Shown here piece after piece: positions 12,142 to 24,200 of a DNA stretch of 64,000 nt; the first letter of the stretch is position 1, and every line of letters begins with the position of its first letter. The notes beneath the pieces are model-generated. The model was not told the origin of the DNA, made no database searches, and saw only the letters and a program-made list of their open reading frames with translations. Source of the DNA: Ascidiella aspersa. Taxonomy: Eukaryota. The stretch spans positions 4,588,001 through 4,652,000 of the forward strand of contig OZ004613.1 of NCBI GenBank assembly GCA_963924565.1, read 5' to 3'. The position numbers and the translations under genes were made by a program.

Positions 12142-15100
12142 TGTTAGACCAAACAGATATGAATTTTATTTTTATAAAACTTCTGACATCCCGACATGGT
12201 TGCACTTCTAAATAACATTCTACATTTTTTATATTTGTTTAATTCGAAGTTTACCAGACATAGATTGCATTTGGTAAAAGTATTGCTGTGTTCTTGGCCA
12301 TAACTGAATTAGCCTAATAACATGACTTCAAAGACTTGCAATATAGTTAATGGACAGTATTCCAAATATTTCGTTTATCTATCGCTGCATTTACCAGTGA
12401 ACACATTTCTACTATTTTACCTTTAATGAATTCAGTACCTCTAATTTGAAATTTTGCAAACAATACGTTCAGTGCATAATACTTGATCAAAGTACGCCTG
12501 TTGGTTGTACACTTGGTCAGAGTAGATTGACATGTCATACACTTGGTCAGAGTGAAATACCATAAAATGCCCTTTTGCCTAATCCTTTAAACCTGACTGT
12601 GTTTTCATTGACTTTTCTTCTTCTATTGTACTTTACCAAATGTTGCATGTTCCAGTTGTTTCCGAATATGATTGTCGTTACTTTTCGTGTAACCATTCCC
12701 GACAAATAAAGATCCTTTTTCCTGCTGAAAAATAGAGTCTTTTTGAGATCAAAAAATGGTATTTTTGCCACATTGGCTACTTTTACTTTCACATCTATAT
12801 AGCTAGTCGTAAATTGATATTAATGGCAAGACTTTGGTACGCTATGAAGAATCTGTAATGTAGCTTGGTAATGAATTGCAAAGCTAAAAAGGTCGAGTAG
12901 ATCGACACCAATTTGATTAAGACGTTAAGAAGAGATTATAACTTCTATCGAAAAAAATGTTATTTTAAAATTTGCTGTAGGCCTACTGCAATCGGAAGTT
13001 TAAATAATATGAAATAATTTTAAAAACAAATGTACAATATTAATATTAAAACAAATGTACAAGGTGCTAAATAATGTTTCAGTATTTATTGTCACCTACA
13101 GCGGCGACAAGCCGTTCGACGCAAGCGGTGTTTTCTTGAAATTTTAAATTGTTTTTGAAAAAATCTATGATATTGACAAATAGAACATAAATAAAAGGTG
13201 ACTGCAAAAACGTTTTACCTTTTTTTTCTTTTTTTGATACAGGAAAGTGTTTGCATAGTAAACATTTAAACTTTAACCTTGTGTAAAAAAAGATTCATCG
13301 ATAAATAAAATCTACATAGCTCACTTACGCCACCTTACAGTTAAACAATCTTTGCCTTTTTGTTTGCCAAGTTTGACTAATAGTGGCTGATTATATCGCT
13401 GTAGCTTAAAGTTAAAGGTCACAGTTAGCAGTGACAGGGGTCGGCAACCTACGGCTCGAAGTCTGACAATGCAAATTATCCGGCGCGCCGCCTCTTAATG
13501 GGCATAAGTTCCTATATTTTTGGCTATTTTAAATAAACTTGTAGCTGTTGTGTGGACTCAAATTTTTAAACAAACAAATGCGTTTTATTCGAGCTTCGCG
13601 CAAACTTACCTAGCATACAATTAGACACATTTTTAAATGCAAAAAGTCTGATATGCCAACTTAAAACATATGTTTCAATTGAATCCTAAAATTGCATTTT
13701 AACTTAACTACAAAAAATTATAATTTTAAATTTATTATGGCTGGCCGAGGCCTCTCTGAGAATGGAAAATGGCTTTGGCCCGCGACATTACCGCGGGTGG
13801 GAAAATGTTACCGCCCCTGTTGATAATATCAATAGGCCTATCTATATACCCGGTAGGCCTACTTGAAATTTGCAGCAATAGAAAAACATCAAAAACGTTT
13901 GTTAAGCTATTTAGCATTAGAAATAAAATTGTTCTAAACGCCCTATCATACAATACATACTCTTTGGTAGATTCATTTGAAATTGTATTATTTTGTCTAA
14001 ACTTTAAACGTCACCCAAAGAGATTGAAACCAAAGTCTCTTTGCGTCACCTTACTGGTTTAGTAGCTTATTGGGGTAAGTCCCAGTTGTCTTTTTTCGTG
14101 ATGTTCCAAAAAAAAACCAAGGCGAGGAAGTTTTACGTTTTGTTTGCACTTCTGGCTCGCCACCCGGCGCCAGGTTTTATCTTGCAGATGGATTTATTGC
14201 GTTGTTGCAGCGTTGACAGGTTGCGTTGCCGTTTTTGTGGCAATAGATCAGCAGGTGTTCATAATTCCTGAAGTAACTGTTTAATCAAGTTTTTTGTTTT
14301 GTTCTGTTGTTCTAAGTTTGCGGCCTTTTTTAAAATTAAATTTATGCAATGCGTTTAACTTGCTATTGGAGTTAATGGCGTTTATTTTAATATGTTGTAG
14401 AAAGTTAAAACGATTTTAAGCACTTGGTTTAGTTAAGTTTTTCTGTTATTTGGTTCTGTAACAAAGCTTCAAAAACTCAATCAGTTCGTAATGCAAAGCA
14501 GCTTTCAGCAGTTTACAAAAATCCTTTCAATTTACAAAAATGCAGCAGTGTGAAAAATTAACTGTGAACAATTCAGTCAAGAAAGTATGACATGTGTTGA
14601 CCCACATTGGAAACTTTTACATAATTTGTGGCCACCAAGGATTTACGCCCTAATTTTGTCGGCTGAATTCCCACACCCAAATCTACAGTTTTTGTGGTAA
14701 ATTTACTGGTCGTATTTTACGGCGAAAATGTGGTCAAATTCTAGTCCAGCTTAAAAATACCTTAAAAAAATCAGATTGACTTTGTGCACTTAAAGTCAAA
14801 AGTGCATGGATATCCTGCTTGTTAAACATGTGGAATAATTGAGTACCATTTCGATTTTTTTCTCTTATCAGAAAATTTGTAATGATATATCTGTATACAT
14901 TGGAAAAACTAGCCTCGTACCCAGTTTGTATTATGTGGCAAGCTTACACCGGAGATTTGTTGCAAAGCAAATTGTGTACAAACCTGAATTAGTATATTTC
15001 CCACCTAAATTTGAAAAAAAGTCTAGCTGGTGGGATTCCTATTATAAGGTGTACATGAGACCTTAATAAAAAATAAATTAGCAAGGCGTTTTTTTGTTCT

Positions 15101-15202
15101 TAAGCTGGTTAACAAAGCAAATAAAAGACAACGCGATTTACGATTTCATAATTTTAATTTGCCAACTTCCTTGTTTTTTTTTTTTTGTAGGATATTTTAA
15201 AC

Positions 15203-18200
15203 ATGGCTCTAATGATAACAATGACAGGGGGTTCCCCTTGGGGTTTTAAGATGAAGGGTGGAAAGGATTTTCATCAACCACTCGCAGTCGCCAAGGTATG
15301 GCTAGTCAATTGATGAGATATTAACAGTATACCTTTGTTTTGATTAAACTTTCTTGTAACACATTTGAAACAACTGTGGAAACATAAATTACTCTATTTT
15401 TCGTTAAAAGTTTATATGTATATTTTCTATAAAATTTTAAAGAAATGTTGTTTTTTTTTGTTGGTTTTTTACATTTTTAGCCTTTGAAATTCCTTGCACA
15501 AAAAATATAAACAACCAATAGATATAAATTTGGCCATTTTTTAAATATTTGTGAAATATCATTAAATCAATTTATTGTTTATCAAAATTAAAAAACAAAT
15601 TTATCATTCAATAATTCGGGTTTAATGCGCCTTAATACAGTAAGTCCTATCGATCAGTTTACACTTCTAATTTGTTCATAATGAAACATACACATACAAT
15701 CATATATACTCTCAACTTTACGAGGTTTTCTGGCACGCAACAGTCATGCCTTGGGGGGGAATTATCCAGCCCTTTTAGAAAAAGTTTTGTGACCTCTAGT
15801 GTAATTTGCATCCTCAGGTGACGGCAGGAGGAAAAGCTTCGAGGTCCGGAGTTGTTGAGCGCTACGTGATCGAAAAAGTTAACGGGGAAGATTTCTCCAA
15901 CCTCGGCCACCACGAGGCTCAGAACAAGATTAAGAACGCAGGCTCGACCTTAGTTCTGCATTTGAGGTGAATTTGATTAACTTAGCTAATTTGTGAGAAT
16001 ACTGGTTCGATGTTGTAGTAAGACATAGTAGAAATATTAAAGAAAGTAACTGAAACATTCGTCTACAAAATGTGTATTCTGTAATCAAGCCATTCTGGAG
16101 TCCTTACTGGAAATGCAGATGTTAAAAATGAATAAAGTTATTTGAAATATTCAAAGTGCTACCTATCTTCAGTATGGGCTTGATAAGTCTTTACTTTGTT
16201 GTTGTTACAAACAACATATACACATTGTACAATCTGTTACAAATATGTAGTTAGAATATCAAAGCCTTTCAACGAAAATGAATAAAGTGATATTTGAAAT
16301 GTTCAAAATGCTACCTACTTCTATATGGGTTTTGATATTCTTACTACATACATCTTAAATTTATTTCTTTTTAATATTTATGAATTTAGTTCTTATTAAT
16401 ATTTATAACTTTGCAATATTTCATGGAAAATATTTTCAATCTGTATCACCAACATGTTAATTTCAATTTTGTATTTGCATGAATGGCAAAAAAAAGGTAT
16501 TAATTGAATAACAGTATGTAAATAATTTATATATGTAAATAATTTAATGCTTAGTTTTTCTGCTAATAGCTGTGAACTTAGTATAGCATTGTGATATTGC
16601 TGAAATTTGCATCTTCTCGAACTATAGGGTGATACTTTCAGGTATAATATTTTGTAATGTATATTTGTGCAAAGTAACTTTATTTACAGGTAAAAGTTTT
16701 ATTCAACTACAAAATCAACCAAAAAAAAGTATATAATAAACAGTGTAAGACAAAAATCTCTTCCCATTGAAATGAATTAACCACTTACTCAAATTACTCA
16801 TCTGTTATATTTGAGTGTCCACCAAATGAGGTGTGACTTACACCAGGTCATGGCTGTTTAAATAGTAGGTGTAATCAACACTATTCATTCAATCAGTGTG
16901 TAGAAGAGAGAGAGTGGTACTTAGCTGCCGGCCAGACACAAGCTCAAGTTTGCTTTAGGCACTTTGCAGAGCTCCTTATATGGGCAACAGCAATCTGTTG
17001 TAATTTTCTCCTGATTTCTCATAACAGCCAGTTCGTGCTGGTATTAGTTACGCTGCGCGGTAATCCAGGCCAATATGGCAATTCGGCTGCTTGCATTTCC
17101 TGTGTATACGTCACTTCAAGCCACCGTGTCATTTCTGCCCAATCCCCTTTAAAAGTTTGTTTTGATCACTTCTGCATGTTTGCAAAACGTGCCTCTTGTT
17201 TCTCCCACATTAATTAAATTGAAACACTCTGTTCATCAGCTGTAGCAAATAAATTTCCAACTAGAAAAATGTATACAAATTTGGAAGCAAATGTTAGTTT
17301 TAATTAAAAAAATATTTTTATTGGAATTACTAAAAAAAAACTGTGTATTGTGTTCCAAAATGCTGTCTTATAAGAAAAAAAAAAACTCCTAAAAAGTTAC
17401 TTTTCTGCATATTATAATGTCAATTTTTGTAACAGTGCTTTCATAAACATGTTTTCGTTTCATTTTTTCCATTTTAATGTTTCGTTTATGTTTCTAGTAA
17501 ACCGAAGCCAGCGGGTGCACCACCTGTAGCAAACACAGCGTATATTGATACAACTCCTAAAGTCAGGTACTTATTTTATGTTAACATATTAGTATAAATT
17601 TCTTTCGAGCATAATGGCTTGAGGTTGTGGTTGGACGCCAGTCTGCATTCTGTGGCAAGTGCACACCTGATATTTGTTTTTTAAAGAAATTTGTGTGCTA
17701 ACCCAAATTACACGCCTAGAAATTTCGGGCTGCACACCCGAGATCTTGCCATGCCATGAAATGCAGACTGCGTTGGATTTAGAATTAATATACACAAAGC
17801 TTGGCCATGTTAAATGTGAAATAAGATTCATTCAAAAGGTTCAAAATATGTTACTAACTTCTGTATGAGCTTTGCTAATTGACTTGTTTTACGTAAAGCT
17901 CTTTGAGTTTTTATGCTGTTAGTGAACTTCATAAACACATATAGTTGACTTATCTGTTTTTTCAATGCAAATTGTTTGTGAGTTGTTGTGGTGCATTTGA
18001 AGTTCAAATAGTTTAAAATAATATATTAGCAATTGGATATCATTTTGACAATACTCAAAACTTTAAAATTTGTTTAAAATTCTTATCCCGTTACATCTAA
18101 CAAAATTAAACCTTAACACCAAAAACATTTTAAGATTAAAAAACATGTATTTGTTTTAACACTGCAGAGTTTAGCATCTTAAAATCAAGCAAAAAGTTAA

Positions 18201-21200
18201 AATTGTGTAAATAACTTAATAGGCTTTGAAAAACATTTTTTAACAATAATAACTTAATCTAACCTAAACGCAAATTCTACCCAAACAAATAAAGTTATTT
18301 TAAAATTACAAAAATAATTTGTTTAATTTGCATAGATCGTGGAACAAGAAAAAAGTCTTACTAAACAGTTTCAAGTCCGTTTTTTAGCCAATAAGGAGAA
18401 ATACCAAACAATACAATATAAACCACGTGTGATTTTTGCAGACGCTATGTCATTTCATTGGAATGTCCAGCTTATGAAAGAGTAAATTCATATATGTATG
18501 CCTTAGCCCCAATATAACACTCATAACACACTTCCTGTGGCTAACATGATATTTGCCCTGGAAGTAAATGCCTTGAATCACACTTGTTGTTTTAGTTCAC
18601 TCATTTTGCCCACTTTGAGCGTATAGGCAAAAATTGGGGATATTTACCAGCTATGTAACGGTGTCCTAAGAACTAAACCTGTCATTGTTCGAAAAATGTT
18701 TAAATATAAAACTGGCATAATTCTAAAAAAGTGTCTGTAAGCTAAACATGCTTGCTTTGCATTAAGATAATAGAATTTATTATTTTAAAAAAACCAACCA
18801 GTTAAACTACAATAGTTATAAAGAAATACTATAGTTGATTAAAGTTTAACTGATAAAAACTGATGACTCCTAAGAGAGGTTGCCTTTTTTATAAGTCTGT
18901 GTTTAAACCAACTGGGGAGAGTTATGGCTATATGTATCTTATGAAAATTCTTGGAGATTCTTAGCAAGTTTTTGAATTTTTTTATTTTTTAGTGACACAT
19001 CGTACAAGCCAGGAGAGTCGCGCTACACAAAGTATGACAACCCGGGAGATTGGCAAAAAGATGGACCTATCCAACAGTCGAAAGCCATGAACAAAGCTCT
19101 CGTCAAACCATACAGAGGTGTGTGAAGCAAAAAGTGGGCTTTATTAACCTATAAAAGTCCAAGGTATTTGTCAGTATTTCTTTTTAAGAATATCTGCTGT
19201 TTAAAATTTATTTATACAAGCAATGTTGCCAGTAACTGCTTTCTGTGGGTATTGATATTTGTGTTAGCATGTTTTTTTAACTGTGTGCTGCCACATTGTA
19301 AAAATCAAGGCAATTTAAATAAAGACATAATTGAGTTTTTTAGTGATTAAGAGTGGGTGCATTTGTAAATGTTTTCCAAGGTTTGTGTTTTAAACTTATG
19401 AAATTAGGCTTCAATTAAATGTGATTTAAAAATCGTTTTTAAATGATGCACTTATATTTTTCTAACTGTGATGTCATAATGTGATCAGCGCCCATGGGAA
19501 GTGACGAAACAAAAACAGTGACGATTACTCCGGAGATCAAAGAAATGCTGGAAGAAGAAGAAAGAAGCAAAGAGGCGCCACCCGGTGGAATGAAAGCGAG
19601 TGAAATTAAAACGTGGCCGACACACGAAAACAGGTTTGTAGTTTTTACAAAGTTTAGAAAGTTTATTAAGAAATTTGCAAGCAGTTAAACTAACTAAGTT
19701 TATCAACATTAAACCTAGAACAGTAAGTCTTTTTTAAATTTGTAGATATATAGTTAAGTACTTTATGATGTGTTTTGTGTCCGTTCTTCAATTTTTATTA
19801 TTTTTTTGTACATTTGTTCTTTTGGCTAGTTTTATGAACGTGACAAAGCATCATTAATTTTATATAAATAACCAATTCATGTTGAACTAACAACCAACGG
19901 AAATTCCCATCCTGTGTGTTACAAATTGCATTAGGTTTGATTGTGTTTTACAATTCTACTAAAGACTTTCAGTTGTATTCAAAATTTCATATTAATAATT
20001 ATAATAATTATTATCATTACATCACTACATACCTCACCTATTGTGTATCATACATGAATCGTATCCCTGAAAGAAACTCTTGTAAAATTGTGACTCATAA
20101 TGAGTGACAATTACATATATAACATTTTAACACCTCACCCAAATAACTTTGGTAAATTTTAATTACTTTTTAACAGAATGACATAAAAGTAATTCTTTGA
20201 CATAATAAATCATTTGTTTCCAAAAATATCTAAAATCAGTTATACTATAAACTTGTGTCACTTAAAACTTTGGTATTAGATTTTATTACATGTTATCTCA
20301 TTTTAGTAATAAATTATTTATAGTGAATTGCATCATGTTTCCAGTGTATAGGGAGCTACTCTTACAGCAACCTGAGTGTCTGAGGACTTCTTTGACCAGA
20401 TATTTGAATGCCATTAAAACCAACTAACTAAAAGGCCAATGTCATATTTTATGTTATTGAGGGTTAGGGTAAAATTAGGCTTTTATGCATAATTTTAACC
20501 AGAAAAAAATGTCTAAATTTTGTTTAAAAGAGTTGTTTAAAAGTAATTCTTAAATTGTTAAACTGATCTTAACATAATAATTACTTTCATTTCAGTTGTT
20601 TTTGATGATTCAGTAAATAATTTTTGTTTTACATTAATTAGATTGTAATTTCCAAATTATTTTGCTCTAAAATGTTTTTAAACCATTGCATGGCTTTTAT
20701 AATTAACTTCATTATTCTATTACATCATTTGTGGATGCCACACTTGTTGTTAAGTGCCACTAGGGTGTTATTCACCAGCCAATCAAATATCAAGAACATG
20801 GGACTTTTAACAGTTTGTCTTGGCTGTTTAGTGTGAGATACTTGCCTTGTTTGTTTTACACACATGTCATTCCCCTAGCCACCATGGAATGTACTTTGTT
20901 GTGCCGCTCAGCCAAGAGCTCTCAATGCCCCCGATTGTTTGCATTCCAGAGTCGTTGTTTTGCTATTGTGATGTCACAATACACTGGCAGTGAATGGGCT
21001 CTCAGTGGGCAATTATAGTACTTCTGTGCTTGGGACAAGTTGTAGTAAATCAGCCTGAAACATTGTCATTGTGGGAATTTATTAAAATACATTACAACAT
21101 TCTTGTGGTGAAATTTAACTTCTGAGCATTCCCCTTGGCACTATGACAAACTTAAGTGTAAATTTTTAAGTTTTAAATAAATGGGCTTTGATTGTCTAAG

Positions 21201-24200
21201 TTGAAATATTGAAGCCCCCATATAAAGAAGTAACTTTTGAACTTGTCTTGTAACTCTTTATTCATTTTTAACACGGATAAAGTCATGAAACTATAAAATG
21301 TTCCCTCCTTCATCTGGTCTTTGATGTTCCTACGCTAGCTAGACCTCCAACCATTACGCTATTAAGGCTTTATATTGCTGTAATCGTTCCTAAAAAAAAA
21401 AGATTTTTTTTAAAGTTTTTCTAAAGATATCTTGGTATATATTTAGTACAGTAGGTGTTTATATTCGTTGTGCAAACTTAGTGTTGACATTTGGATTATT
21501 CAACTTTATTTTCTTTTTATTTGGCAAGATAAAAACATTTTTGAACAAACTGGAAAATGGTTTTACCTTTAAATTGGTCTAATACAATTTATATACTTTT
21601 TTTTATATAGTTGTAAGGCACATAAGTAAATTAAAGTAATTTCCTTTTTCCTAATGAACAGGTAATATTAAATAAAACTTAATATATAATTCAGGCCATA
21701 AAGTGTTAGACGTCTGTGCACTAATAAAAAAAACATGATGGTTGTTGTAATATAATTTTTTTTACATTTTTAACATACTATTGATTTTTTGACATGTACA
21801 ACATGGAAAATTAACTTATTACATTTTACTAGACAGCTAGACCGTGTGTTTGATTTAGTAGTTCCACGACAAACGGTGTTTCACCACAACCCCCCGCCCA
21901 AGTTGAGAATGGCGAACGAAGCAAAGCTGTCGGCAACATCAGCAAGTTCTTTCAAGGCTCCGCCGCACCGAGATACGGTGAACCTACTTTTGCAAAGGTA
22001 AGAATTCCCTTAATTACGAATGTCAAAGCCAAAAAGGTCGATTAAATCAACATCATCTTGATAAAGATACTTCGATAACCACTTGTAGAATCATCAGCAT
22101 TGCGTTCCACCTTTTATAAGAGGTTTGCATATATTTTAGTCGCATTAACTGATGATGATCGAATGCAAAAATGTCTTTATCAAGTGTATGTTGATTTACT
22201 CAACATTTTTGTGTAATGACAGTCATATTTTAGATACATAACAGATCTGTACATAGTGTACCTCAGAAATCCACTTGTTTTCAACAAAGTATCTTAAAAG
22301 CTGACTGAAAACTAATGGATCCGATCCGATACTGAAGTCTTTATCAGTGTACACGTACAGGAATTTATTAAAACACGTAAAGGCTTAAACAAGTGGATTC
22401 CTTAATTCGAATGAATCCAATACAAAACAATGTTTTAAACAGAAACAGAATCAGTAAGTTAAACATCATTGCCAAACACTTACAAGTAACTAACAACACG
22501 AGCTCCTACCGCGACAAGGTAGTAACACCAACTGCCGTAAGGACAACTACAATGTCAAGGCACCATGTGCTCAGTGACCTTTGACCGCAAGTCATAGAAT
22601 GATCACACAATTAAATAGGTCATAAAGTACTTACATAAAAATGCGGTTTAGCAAGCTCACTGTTAATCTTAACAAACTCACTGTTATTTTTTTCTTAAAA
22701 AAGTGAATCGCAACGAATAGAAAGATTAACGAACACTCGGCAATGTATAGCAAACGCAAGAATAGAAACATAACAGTCCGTCCCAACACCAACTCATTTA
22801 CTGCGTTGATGTGACACGCACAATAGGGGCCGTCAGTACAGCAATGCACCTTGGCTCCCTCATATACCATCACAGCAACCGATCAACCTCAAGTTGACAG
22901 GACGTAAAGTAAGAACCCGATGATATGTTGACGAACTCATCTGTCGCTCGACGACCACCGTACTTATATCATCTGGGCGAAGCATCCAGCCATTGGATAT
23001 ATTTCCTTTTACCTTCTTGCATTCTTTACACGCGTTGAAGTAATATCGATTCCGCTCATCATTGGAGAGATGTGGACATTCACCACAGTCTTCGTACTGC
23101 GCTGCATCTGTGATTTTACTGATTACACGCACAACTCGTTTAGTGTGCTCTTTACTACGTTCGCTAACCTTAGGTACCACTCTTACTGGGCACGACGATC
23201 TGGCCAAATTGCCAGGGCTTTTCCATTTCTTCCGACCATGGAAGTGGTTGTCACCAGGGTTGTGTCTCCTCGGGATAACACCAACACAGTAGTGACCACT
23301 CGACGACAAAAACAGTTCAACGTCTTTGTTGAACATTGTTGCTCGACCACGAGCAAGATCAAGTACAGCACCTGCTTTCTGGAGTGACGACCTGCTAAGT
23401 AACAGAGGCAAGTCGTTCTTGACGACAGAAACGTCAATGCTGCACAATTTTCCACCAACACAAGCAGGAATTAGGGCTTGGGATTTGGAAATGACTTTCT
23501 TTCCGTCACCAAACTTAAAAACTGTACGCGAAGGAGTGATTTTAACGTCACGTTTATACTTGGAATGTAAATTGAATAAATAATTTCGCAGCCACCGTTC
23601 ACCACAGACAGTTTTCGAACAAGCAGCGTCTATAACTGCCGACTTGTAGGTTTCAGCTACGCAGCTGTTGGTAACACTTGAAAATAGCACAATGTTGACT
23701 TCACCGTCTGAAACATCATTAGTAGACGTATTACAACTTTTGTGAGGACATTTTGCCGCCCAATGCATTTTAGAATCACATATGACGCATCTAGATATTT
23801 TCCCAAACTTATCAATAGGATTGAACTTTCTTTTATCAAAACCTTTTCGATGTATTGGATTACTGGCTACGTAAGATTCTTCTTTGACGTCAATATATTG
23901 TGACAGTTTATCAGAAATTGGGCTTTCAGTAAATATGCGTTTTAGAGCAGACTTCATGGATTCAAACCTAAGATCACTTGCAAATGTCAAAGCCAATTGT
24001 CGTTCTTTAGAAGTTAAATTTGCGCCATCCAACAGTTTAAAAGAAAGAATTGTATCTGGCAATTCCATCTCGTGAAACGTCATCTTATGCGATAAATGTT
24101 CAAACTCTAAAATGTAGTCAATCATCGTCATATCAGTACTTTTATCAAACCTTGTAAACTTGGTGTATGTAGAGTACGCATCATCTACAGACTCCGTCTT

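Noticed and set aside
22393-22584. 63-aa ORF duplicated at 24582-24773
   Set aside because: Lies inside the LTRs, antisense to the element; the duplication only reflects LTR identity.
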